From Phoronis australis (Eukaryota > Animalia > Phoronida): a stretch of DNA of 64,000 nt. The stretch is from contig NMRA01000025.1 in NCBI GenBank assembly GCA_002633005.1, positions 604,340 through 668,339 on the forward strand, written 5' to 3'. This document shows positions 1 through 12,200 of this stretch, piece after piece (position 1 is the stretch's first letter; every line of letters starts with the position of its first letter). Position numbers and translations under genes: made by a program. The notes under the pieces were generated by a model, which was not told the DNA's origin, did not search any database, and was given only the letters and a program-made list of their open reading frames with translations.

Positions 1-76
1 AAGAATAAGAATAAGAATAAAATTGAAGAAAACCCAGGAACAACAGTACTCTGCGCTTACACGCGCAGAGTAATTA
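1..76 (-). mobile_element. probable end of a Helentron-type non-autonomous element (hairpin + microsatellite)
   Basis: 10-bp perfect hairpin tactctgcgc/gcgcagagta (47-72) next to (AAGAAT)n at the window edge. Confidence 0.45.
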
Positions 77-170
77 AGAAGAATAAGAATCAAACCCACA
101 TGTGAAATCTGTGCTCCATGGTCAATTGTGTGTAAATGAGCTGGACAACTGTGAATCAGTCATAAACATT

Positions 171-318
171 CATGGGCGGCGCTGCACTGAAAAAGTGGGG
201 TGGCTATAGCCCTACACCCCCCTGTAGTGCACCACCCATAGACCATGTGCGGCACAGCACTTTAAAAAGTGGTTGGCTATAGCCCCCCCCCCCAGCCTCC
301 TATCATGCGTCGCCCATG
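171..318. mobile_element. MITE, hAT-like termini, 5-bp TSD
   Basis: TIR catgggcggcgc / gcgtcgcccatg; ACATT duplicated at 166-170 and 319-323. Confidence 0.75.
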
Positions 319-503
319 ACATTGTGTGGTCTTTATGGATGTGCATGGAGGTCATGATTTGTTGAATTGCGTGTGTTGCTATGCATGTGTTTTTAAACTA
401 GAATTGCAAATAAGTAATGTTTAATTAGTCAGAATTAATTCTCAGTGAGGTAAGTGCTGCACTCTTTAACATAGCTTCAATCTTGAAGGCTTGGTTTTTC
501 TAA

Positions 504-2185
504 TTTTTATGCGCCCACATATTTATATGTGGACGCATTATGCCATGATCTCCGTCTGTCCGTCCGTCCAGCGTGCAATGTCCGCTGCTCTATCTCTAAA
601 ATGCCTTGACACATCTTCATGAAATTTTGCACATTTGTTCTTTCCGTGAATGGGACGGCATGAGCGAAGTTTCGGACGTATCTGACTACCGGTGTGCCCC
701 CAAGTGGTAATTTTGTTTTTTTTACGTTTACCGTTATATCTTCAAAAGACCTGAACGGATTTTCATAAAATTTAGTATTTTGGCACCCATTAGTGAGATG
801 ACGCTGTCCTGTTTTCAGATGGATTCAACGTAGTTTGCGCCACCTAGTAGCTATTTTTACTGTTTTCGAGTCTGTTTTTGCGTCCACCCCTCTATCAACT
901 AAACCTCACAAAGGATGATTGTGAAAATTGGCACGTATGCTCTTACTATGAAGTGAACGTCTGACGATGATTTTCCGACGACTTCGACTACTGTGGCGCC
1001 TCCTTGTTGCAGTTTTGTTGTATCTTCTAAACCGGTCAAAGGAACTTTACTAAATTTAGTAAGTACATTTATACGATGTTGACAACGGACGACAACGACT
1101 TTCAGATGGATCTGAATACTGGTGTGCCACCTAGTGGCAATTTCATTTTTTTACGTTTACCTCTGTTTGTTCAAAGATCCTCAACGTATTTTCAAAAAAC
1201 TTGGCATACAGGAATCTGATAATGAGGTGATGCTATCTCTCTATTTTTGATGGATTCGACCTAGTTTGCGCCACTTAGTGATCACTTTTATTATTTTCGA
1301 GTATGTTTTTTGGCGTCCACTCTTCTATAAACCAAACCGCTTTCAGGATAATTGTGAAAATTGCCGTGTATATTTTTACTATGAAGTGGATGGCTGACAA
1401 TTTTCCGACGAGTTCGAGTACTGTGGTGCTTCCTAGTGGCAGTTTTGTTTTCTTGCGCTTATCGCTGTATCTCCTAAACCATTTGCAGGATGTTTACTTA
1501 ATTTAGCATATATGATGTTGACTACAGACGACGACTTTGGGACAGATCTGGCTTTTGGTGTGCTCCTTAGTGGCAATTTTAGTCTTTTATGTTTACCAGT
1601 CTGTATCTTCAAAGGTCCTCAACAGATTTCCATAAAATTTTGAATATAGGCATCTATTGGTGAGATGACACTATCATCCTATTTTTGGATGGAATCGAGG
1701 TATTTTGCGTCACCTGGTGACCATTTTTGCTGTTTTCAAATCTTGTTTTTTGCGTCCACCCCTCGATCAACCAAATCATTCTGGGGATGGTTTTGAAAAT
1801 TGGCCTATATGCTTTCAGTGTGAAGAGGACGTTTGATGATGGCGACTGACTACTGTGGCGCCTCCTAGTGGTAGTTTTGTTTTGTGTTTCACCCATAACT
1901 GTATCTCCAAAACCCACTGCAGGATCTTTATTAAATTTAGTAAGTGAATTTATGTGAAGATAACAGACGATGATTGGTCAGGCAGATTGAACGGACGCTG
2001 TGCCCACTAGTGGCAATTTCATTTTATTCTGTTTTCCTTTGTTTCTCTGAAGTTCCTTGACAGATTTTATGAAATATGGCATGATCCCGTTTTTAGATGG
2101 ATTGTACGTTTTTGCGCCATCCAGTGGCCATTTTTATGATACAAATAAATAATTCTAAAAGCACACCATTTGCGATGCTCTTGTT
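504..2185 (+). mobile_element. Helentron/DINE-1-like non-autonomous element, copy 1, with ~145-bp tandem monomer array
   Basis: 5' T-run, hairpin atgcgcccacata..tatgtggacgcat, (GTCC)n microsatellite, about 11 diverged monomers, 3' gctcttgtt. Confidence 0.8.
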
Positions 2186-2714
2186 TATTATTGATTTTGG
2201 TGTCAAGAAAGTATTGTTATGAGAGTGGAGTGTAGGGTTATTTGACATTCTTTTTAATATAAGTAAGAAACGTGCATGCAAATGATGAATGGCTTTCAGT
2301 TTCAAGTAACTGTGAAAGCTTTTTATCTTAATTGGTAAAGAAAAATCACTCTTGTGTCTGTCGCACGGGGTATCAGTGGATGGCGCAGTACTTGATTCTG
2401 TATTTTATTTTGAACTGACTTAGCTATAAGCTTTCTAAAATTTTTAAAATTCATTGCTTTCGTCTATTTTGAACTAAGAACTCGAAGAACTCGAGCACAG
2501 TAGAAACAAATTATTTCCCCAAAAAGCGTTTCTAAGCGACACTTCTCAGCTTGTGATTGTATGATTGTGTATCTCAATTTTACAGTGTTGAAACTTCTTT
2601 ATTAATATTTATCAAATGTTTCTCAATTGATAGTATAATTGTGCGTTTTCCTTCTCAGTATCCTATTAAAATTAATTGTAGGCATTCTGGTACACGTTGT
2701 ATCAGACACCTCCA

Positions 2715-2912
2715 TGCTGCTCAGGTGTGCCTATTGTACTGATCAACTGGAGTCATCTTTTATGTTTTATTAGTGTGTACTACCGTAGTTATAACCTAGC
2801 CGTGGATCTAGAGACCTGAATCAAGGGTCTAGCAGTGTGCTCCAGTGGGACTCGAACCCACGACCTTGAGTAAAGGAAGTGGACACTGATCCCACAAGGC
2901 CTCACTGCTTCC
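2715..2912 (-). mobile_element. tRNA-derived SINE
   Basis: B box gggttcgagtccc and A-box-like head on the minus strand; body homologous to 11021-11205. Confidence 0.7.
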
Positions 2913-3227
2913 TCTCTGTCTTAGCTTAGAGCTTATTGTCACCTGAGTCAAGTAAAATTTGAGCAATGCGTGACATTTGAACTGTCGTAGCCTAATCAGT
3001 GATTTCCTTAACACACTCTAGAGGAATTATGTAGATTCAGCTGGACGTTCAAAATTCCCGGTCCACATTAGGAGGGTTTGCATATTGATTTCTAAGGAAT
3101 CCGTACATTGAAGTGATACCAAATGTCAATAAATATCTTCATCCCCATCTGCCTAAATGGCTAATCATGTGACGGTTCAAGTTAGTCACGTTATTTTGTT
3201 ATAGGTAAGCCACACTCGCCATAGCTA

Positions 3228-5771
3228 CAGCACACATCACGAATTTTTGTCCTACCGGTGGAAAATTGGTCGACGACGACCGGACGGCTAAAAATTAGCC
3301 GACCGGCAGCCGACTGCAGTGCCGACTCATAAGGCGACTCCCCAGCCTACCCTTCAGCCTACCCTTCAGCTGACCCTTCAGCTGACCCTTCAGCTGACCG
3401 GACATCAGCCGACCACCTGGTCGGCTGCTATTTTTATGCTAGAGTAGCAGTTGCGTAATAGATTGTCAGGCTGATACCACTTTGCGTGTGGATGCATATT
3501 CGTCTTAGCACAGGGTCAAATAAATCAACCTAGTTTACTGTCTCCATTACACGAGTTCACATCGGTTGTGTAACACCACTAATTCGAAGGTTGAAGGCAA
3601 GCGGTAATATCATTGAATTATGGACAGTGCAACAACTTGTGGATAAAAAACGTGAAAGTTTTCTTTACATTTGATCTTTAATTTGACTCGTGATGTTAAC
3701 AAGCTGCATTAGATTGGCTACTTCCTGGTCAATACAACGCTGTAGTCATTTTGTAAATGCAGCTATTTTTGACAGTTTTTGCCCACAATTGTTTTTTTTT
3801 GTGTTTAGCCGAAATGCATCTTTTTGCGTTTTTAAAATCCCCCACGGGTCTCCTATCACATACCCATGATGATGGGATAGTGAGTTAGTTGTTACTCCAA
3901 AGATCTCTCACTCCAGGGTTTCCTTTTCATATGATTAACCATTGCAGTGGCAGACGCTAAGTTCACAGTCCAGTATGGTCCTAAACCCACGGACTTTGAT
4001 GGCTCTAACTTCGAAATCATATGGTTACGATTTCCACGAACTTAGACAGTGACATCAAACACGGAATAACCACTGTTGAAGCTACAACCAATTCTAGCTT
4101 TGAGCATTTCATTTTTAGTGCATCAGTGACGTTAAAATCTGCGCTAGTTATATGTATCAGTTCTTCGTTCACGTTGTTGACAAATTATGTAAAATAAAAC
4201 AATTTTTAACGGGAAGATGTGAATAGGTGGTGAAGAGGTATTTGTCTCTACACGGCATATGTGTGTGAATCTATGGTAAAGCGATTGCGATGTTGAAAAA
4301 AATGATAGAAAATAAACCAAGGTGCAGAATAATTCTTCTGTGCTCAGCTGTAAGAAGACCTACAACAATTTTTTGAAACAGCGCTCAATCTTAAAAAAAA
4401 TTCCAGCGTGAGAGCGCTTCATCAGAAATGCCAAGCACATACAGCGTTGTAAGACAGAGGCGATGGCATTTCTGTATGTCCACACAAGTGCTTTGAGCAG
4501 TGCGTACAAATCTTTTCATTTCGCTTTTCTACACTCTGATGAATACCGACAACTCCACTTTTGAGGGCATTTTCAAAAATTAATATGGTTGATGCATTCA
4601 GAGAGTCGGTGTCCACGTCGTGCATCAAATGTACGCGTGGGCAGAAAACGTATCTGCGTAAAGAAAGAGTTGCGTTTTCAAAACTTTCAGAGTCATGTGT
4701 TATCAGGACCCTACCGAGGCCAAGTACAAAGCACGTCTTCAAAATTTAGATAAACAAAGTTTACGGCATACTGATTACAGGGTCACTGACTCGGAGTACT
4801 GTCTTAGGCATACGTATATTGTAATATCGGTTGAATTGTATGTTATAAATGTGAATAGCACGTACGCTTACAATAAGCCATTCACATTTATATCTGATCA
4901 CAATTCTCCCCCTGCTTTGAAAACAATCGTTTAGATAATTTTCGGAAAGAACGTGAACAAAAATGATAGGACAAACACTACATTCCAAATTCCAGATTCT
5001 ACATTCGAAGTCTGCTTTTGTGAGAAAGAAACTCTCAACAGAAGAAGTTTGTAATGACACGTAAATAAACATAACTTTTATTTGCCCAGAATATGTACAA
5101 CTATTTACGCAATCCTTACAACATCAAGATAATTGAATAAACTCTTGAATTTAACTAAACTTTAAACCTTGAATTAATGTCTCGAAATAATCCGTTGTGC
5201 GGTATGAAAACACTTGAGGTCGTAAACCAGCCAGCATTGTATTCTGATTTTTGTGCAATTTTACTGCGAAATTTCAAATTTCTTGCGTGTTTTTATACAT
5301 AATGTACTGTGTAAAAAGTCTCGTACTTAGGGACAGAAATTATGCTTCCACGATATCACTTAACGTTTGATTTTATTACGTCGTCAGTAATTCAACATAA
5401 AGTTTACGTTGGTGTAATGTCACGCACTTCGTATTTGTAGGTTGATTCGATTTTACCACCTTTCAGTAGTTCAACAAAAGTTGATAAACCGATGTCAAGA
5501 CCAGAGTTGCCACTGGTGAACAAATAGCGATCAGTTAAATGTTTGTTTGACCAAAGTTCACCCGCTAAGTCATAAAATGGTAATTGCCGACTAAGGACAC
5601 GCTTAATCCGAATTGGTCGTCTACGCTAGGCGACCACTTAGCCGACCCAAGTGCTGACCTCAGAGGCGACTCAGCAGACAGCTCCTAGCCGACGGTTGTT
5701 GGTCGGCTACTGGTCGGCCAGTCGTCGACCCAATTTCTGACCGGTCGGACAAAAATTTGTGATGTGTGCTG
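3228..5771. mobile_element. 2.5-kb non-autonomous TIR DNA transposon flanked by TA
   Basis: ~55-bp TIRs (cagcacacatcacgaatttttgtcc.. / ..ggacaaaaatttgtgatgtgtgctg), subterminal GCCGAC repeats, 12-bp internal tandem repeat at ~3345-3400. Confidence 0.85.
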
Positions 5772-6116
5772 TAAGTCCAAACTTGTTACTGTGATAAGTC
5801 GAGACAGGTTGTAGGGATCATTGTGTCCGCTTTAGGTGAGGGTGAGGCCACTGTGACATCAGCTCGCCTTGGCAACTCACTGCAGAGGAATTTCACTATG
5901 TCTCGACATCCAACTCTGGAGGTCTCTTAAAGAAAATGTAATCTAACTTATCGCCTGTGAAGACTGTTGTTGATAGGACTATAAGTGAGATGCGCTGCTG
6001 AGAATCTCATTTTAGTTGGGACATGAGGATAATGTAAAATGTTTACATAAGGAATAAAGAACAATTTGAAAGTAATCGAAAGGAGTAAAATTCTTTGGTA
6101 TTTTTTACCATTTCAG

Positions 6117-6203
6117 CCTCTGAAGAACGGGATTACATGAAAAAAGATTACACCAAAATTCTGGATGCGTATGGTTGTCTGGGTGTACTACGGCTAAACA
6201 TTG
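6117..6203 (+). CDS. SYNJ1: synaptojanin exon ([28 protein letters not shown])
   Basis: ttcag acceptor, gtaat donor; matches synaptojanin KVLDAYGLLGVLRLN; absent from ORF track. Confidence 0.92.
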
Positions 6204-9200
6204 GTAATTTTTAAATCTTTAATTACCAATTAATTGAATTGCCTCTCGGATTTGAACGCTGCATGCCAAAAGTGATAGATTTAATTGCGGACTTGCCCGT
6301 GGTGTGTAATGTCTGGCAAGTTTTGCTTTTGCCTTTGGTGAAAATTTAGTTGTGATTCTGTGCACTGGAAATGGGTTACTAATCGCTAGCCTACTTTACA
6401 TTTTTGTTTTTTCGTATTCCATGAAAACTTTCCTGTTGTCTTGACTAGTAACTTCTAGTGACGCAATCTGTTGTTTGTCTTCTATTGATTTTCAGCTGCC
6501 ATTAATTCTGGTCGCGTGGTCTAATCAGGGAGATTAGGTTCTATTTCTGTAGAGACGTGCTCTCTTGTGGTTTCCATTTAACTTTCCCACACTCTGCATC
6601 ATTCATCATTTAATGGCTGATATCACAGCAGTGAGCTTGACACAAGCTTATATCACCTCAGCAGGGAAATTGAGGGAATCATGTTATTTTCATTAAAAAG
6701 TTGTTTTTTAGTCATTTTGAAAACAAAAACAATGCTGTCAACTTGTAACAGATGCTCTTTTCTTGTGTTTGCTGTTAACCTTCATGTACAAGCCAAGCAA
6801 TGTCCTTTCCTGTGTTAAATTGCCTGAGCTAGGTCATTTTCTGTTCAAAAGTTTTACAAGGCCTCTGAAAAAATACAAAATTTGTCATTGCGGCTTGTTT
6901 CCTAATGTTTATACAAGAAGGGCGGTTTTTACTCTGATTGTCTCTGTAATAGTTTGCCTAGCAGGAACAGTGTTATACCATTTGGGGTAATTATCAGTTA
7001 TTTTGCGTGAAAACGATAATTGTCAAAATGGTAATCTGTCAATTTTCAAAGTGTTAATTTTTAACAAGTGTTCAGTACAAACTGTTGTTTATGAAATAAA
7101 ATTTTCTTGATGTTCATTTTAAATTTGGTGAGAAATTTGACAATAGGAAATTCCACGTGTCTGCCATATTGTGTTATAAATAGGCGAGAAATTACTATAT
7201 TTCATCTTCTGTTAAAAGAATCCGACTACTAATTAAAACCATGACCTATTGTTTTATAACTGGTCTTAAATTATTCTTTATGTCGATTAGAACTGATTTT
7301 GGACTTGTGAAGAACTGACAATTACTTATCTCATGAGACCGTGTTCACCATCACCCGACGAAGTACTCGTAGTTCTTATCAAAATAGAGATGACTTCTAA
7401 TCTCAGTAAGGCACTAGTTGAGTTCAGTTTTATCATCATTAGTGGCCTAAATCAAAAGTTAGTTGTTTTACAAAAAGCTAGTTGAAATACTTCTAAGAAT
7501 TCATTGTTTTTTTCAGATTACACTGACTTATCAACCAGTCATTCTGCACTTAGGTTGCACAAACTATAATAACCAAAATTGTCATTTATACACTTTTCAA
7601 GCACTGATTATTACAAATGATGGACAATTTTCTAAAGGTTGTTTTATGACATCTACACAGTACAAACTGTGCTAGTGAGAGACTAAAATGTAAGTTCTCA
7701 ATCTTTATTTTTGTGGATAAATTTGACGAAATAGAATTTTGCTCGTCAACCATAATATTGTGTTCTAATTAAGTGAAAAATTACCATAGTGTACTGTTCC
7801 CACCATCACTATGGTAAAAACTCTCCAGTTGGTGGCAGTGAAAATTAATTATTTTTCTCAAGGTCAGAGCTTGTTCCAAATTGTAGAAATGGGCAATATT
7901 GACAGTCCCAAATTCAAGATTCACCGAAAAGACAAAATTACCAGCTGCGTAGATTGAAATAACATCCGAAATTTGAGATATATCTTGAATGCCAAAATCC
8001 CCTTGTCCCAAATTCCAGAATAAAGTTAACACAATTTTTGTGGGAGTTTCTACGTCCCAAATTGCAGAGACTGTCCCGAATTGGAGAATTATTTCCATAT
8101 GTTGCCATCATCCACTGAGTTTGATGCATTTGGATGATTTATAAAAGCTTCTTGTAATGTTGTGATTGGTTTTACCATAAGGGGAGGAGCCAGACCTTTA
8201 TCTGGTTATGATAACGGGATGCCTGTCTGTGGGGAAAATCGGCGAATCAGAGATCTTCCGAATAACTGCCACGTCCTTCCTGTCTTTACGGAGTGATCAA
8301 ACAGAGGAGGACAAAATTGCTGAAGTGCGACGGCTGTTGAATTCTGGAACATTCTACTTCTCCTGGTCACCAAAAGGGGTCCAGTTTGACCTGAGTCTTT
8401 GCGCTCAGCGAAGGATACAGGACCATGCCACAGACAACAGGTTCTTCTGGTAAGATCAAAACTAGTTCCAGAACGAGACTATTAGACTTTGTTTCTTAGA
8501 TTATGCCGTCTTCTTATGAATTCAGTCCCTGAGGACCAGTCAGATTTAGATTTATTCTGTCTATCATATTTTCTAATGTTTTACCGTTTGTCTGGATTAT
8601 TGGATTTGGACGATGAAGTAAATCTGATTTCATCTTGCTGTAATCCCTCCTTTTATATCAAAATGTCATGCATTAATCCAATTTTATAGATAGCAGAATT
8701 TATTAATTGTTTTGTTTCAAGGAATCGCAGCCTATACCTTCATCCACAGCGTTTTGGCGTTGACTGTGACTCATGGCTATATAAGGTAATGTGTGGAGGC
8801 GTGGAGATCAGGACGATCTACGCAGCGCACAAGCAGGCCAAGGCATGCCTCATAACGAGGCTGAGCTGTGAGCGAGCCGGCACCAGGTTCAATGTGCGAG
8901 GGGTCAACGATGACGGACATGTGGCCAACTTTTGTGAAACTGAACAGGTGCGTTCAGGACACATAACATCCTGATGGGTTGTGAGAAACTGACCCTTATG
9001 TGTACATAACATCCTGATGGGTAGTGAGAAACTGACTATGATATGTACATAACATCCTGATGGGTAGTGAGAAACTGACTATGATATGTACATTACATCC
9101 TGATGGGTAGTGAGAAACTGACCCTTATATGTACATAACATCCTGATGGGTAGTGAGAAACTGACTATGATATGTACATTACATCCTGATGGGTAGTGAG

Positions 9201-12200
9201 AAACTGAGACGATGATGTGTACATAACATCCTAATGAAGTTTTTTACTGATTGTTAGGTTATAGTGTAGAAGAGTGAATTTAAGGATTATAAGGGCATTC
9301 ATGACTGATTTTTAAACTTTTGATTTCCAGGTGATATTCCTGGATGATGACATCGCTTCTTATGTTCAAACTCGGGGATCGGTTCCTCTGTTCTGGGAAC
9401 AACCAGGTATTCAGGTAAGATTCTAATGGAAGAAAACATTTGTGGTGTGGGTCTGTGTGCCTAGTGAGTGACATTTCTGGTTTCATTTGTTGTGGACTTT
9501 AAAATAATTGACGCTGATATTGACAGATTTTGATGGGGAGGACAGAGGGTCCTGTCTCTATATGGAGTAGGAACCAACATTGCTGGCAATTTAAAGCAAT
9601 CGCAAAAGTTGCTCTATTGTATATTTTGGTTGTAATTTTGAACATCTGCCAGTGGCTCGTGTATTTGCGTGCCCTTTTAATCCAATACCTAATGTTTAAA
9701 AGATGAAAACATTCAAAATAAAAGTTTTGCCAAAACTTCGTTTATTTATTAAATGAATGCTCTTTAAACTTGGTCTGGTCAGTTAGTTTTTAGAAAAGAG
9801 GTGCTTTTCTTTTTTGAAACATTTCTGTGATTGTAAACACCACCTGTACACATTTCTTCGTAGCTAAATTTACTTTTTTATTTCAGTCACTTGTGAGTTT
9901 ATAGTTGATTCGTCAGTGCTCAGATATTAGGAGTTCTGTGCAATGCAAATTTGGTGTCATAACTCAACAAATTAATAGTGAATTCATGAAATGGGCGTTG
10001 TGCGGAGGAATATTCTTCAATATGCACACCTCGTACTATCTATATTGAAGTTGGTATTTTCTATTTTCTTACTCACTTATTATATTTTTCACTTGAACAC
10101 AGAATATTAATAACTTCAGAGTAGACGTTGGCTGTTTTTCACAAAAAAGTATAGATGGTCAGTTCAAAACTTGTACATTCTGCCTCAGTTTTTTGAAGGA
10201 ATGCGTGGAAAATGGCCAAATGCTCCTCTGTCAGCCATCCAAACATGATAGATAAACTGTAGGTAAAATGTTCATGGTTAAGTCATGTAATTAAAACTCT
10301 TACTGATCACAAGAAGATTGGTAAGTCTTGTTAAGAACAATCAACCCAGTTATGTAATTAAAACTCTTACTGATCACAAGAAGATTGGTAAGTCTTGTTA
10401 AGAACAATCAACCCAGTCATGTAATTAAAACTCTTACTGATCACAAGAAGATTGGTAAGTGTAAAATATGAATATTGACAAAATTATCTTTCTTTTAAAT
10501 TAGTCTCATGTATTAAAGTGAACTTATGATTATGAGGTATTTTATTGGCTTGATTTTGATTCGTACTGTCACGTACATTAGCCAATGACCTGCAAGTTTA
10601 CATCATGGTAGAAGATAACTTCTAGTTGTCAACAGAAGTATTTTTTACAGTTGTCTTCATTTACACTCTGTGTGGTAAGTTCAAACTTTGTGTAATCCTG
10701 AGGTTAGCAAATTTGCTAGGCATTGTTTAAAATCAAGTTTGAAGTATTCACAAACAGATTACAAGTTGTCAGTCAAGCTCTGTGGCATACATTTTCTCTT
10801 ATCTTTTTTATTAAACTATCACTTATTATACATGTATAGACTGTTGCTGCATGTACACCTCTCATTCTCTATTGTTGCCATGTAGGGAATTTCCCTACCT
10901 AGTGTTCTCTATGGGCCCTATCACACCGATATAATTCTCAGTTTGATCTCGTAATGAGGACAAACTCTGTGGGAAAAAGATGTCCCTTGTATTATCTTTG
11001 TACAAAGGAGGAGACACTCCAAGACAGTGTGGCCTAGTGGGATAATTGTCCGCTTCCTTTAGTAAAGCCGTGGGTTGGAGTCCCACTGGTGCACACTGTT
11101 AGACTTGTCAGTCAGGTCTATAGCTCCTCATCTCAGTTTTAACTTTATATTACTAAAGCATAAAAATGGTTCTGGGTGATCAGTGCAATGGGCCTACGTG
11201 AGTGTCCTGTTCACGTCTGGTACAACATCTAACAGATCATTTACAATAACCATTTTTATCTTAGTACGAGCCCCAGAGATGTGTGGCATTTGAGGTGCAT
11301 TTCTGGCAAAAGTTGCCCTCTTCTGCACCTAACCAGTCTGTTTCATCAAGTTGTTAAAACCAGCTTGACCATCCCAAGACCGAGTTTGGAGTAACTTCAT
11401 TCAAGGCCAGGGATTGGTCACACGAAGCCCACTAAGACTGAATGAAGCCAGTTATCATTATCTTGATAATTCCAGCAGAACATTGCATACTCAGCTGTAA
11501 TGTTGCACTTTGACCTGTTCAGCTGGCTAAAAAGAAAAACAAATCAAACTAGGCATTATTTCTCTCACAAAACCAGTTTCATAAAGTTCTTTATGTGATA
11601 GAATTCTATTTCTGTTACCAACAAAGTTATCAGCGTCTCAAGAAAACGCTTCAGAATTTATTAGGTTTGGTCAACTCTAAAATCGGCAATTTGAAAATGG
11701 AGTATGTACATAACTATGTGCATGGTCTGTGGCTGGAGTTCATACTGGACATGCTGGACAATGCTACCGTGGTAAGGAATATTAGGAGACTGATAAGAGT
11801 AAAAGGCTTATAATTCAATTTTCGTTTTTTTGGTTAGCTAAAGTAGACAAAATACGCCTTTGATATGGATAAGAGGCCTGAAAAGGGTTTGTGTTTTCAC
11901 TAAGCAGAGTACTGGGGTTGATTAGGTCAAAATATGAGTCAATTAAAACTGTTAATTATTGAGTTCTAGCCTTGGTATTCTTGGAATCGCTACAATTTGT
12001 AGTTTTACTTTAAATTATTTTGCTTTTGCTTTGTCCTTCTTTTTAATTTTAATATTATTTGATAGAAAGAAACGTATGTGAAGAATACATTAATTTTAAT
12101 ATGCTAATTTTCAGACAGAGGAGTTATATTATAGTCTTTTGATGTGATAAACCTGGCAGGTTTAGGTTAACCATGTGGTGAACAACTAGTCTTTTGACGT

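Noticed and set aside
2829-2912. Functional tRNA gene (also 11021-11095 and 48172-48232)
   Set aside because: A/B boxes are present but there is no complete cloverleaf; shared downstream body indicates SINEs.
4422-4742. CTHCSKHLCGH resembling a piggyBac cysteine-rich domain
   Set aside because: Spacing is off, no other transposase motifs, and the element is TA-flanked rather than TTAA-flanked.
1-6116. First coding exon of synaptojanin
   Set aside because: No sequence resembling the conserved N-terminus was found; presumed upstream of the window.
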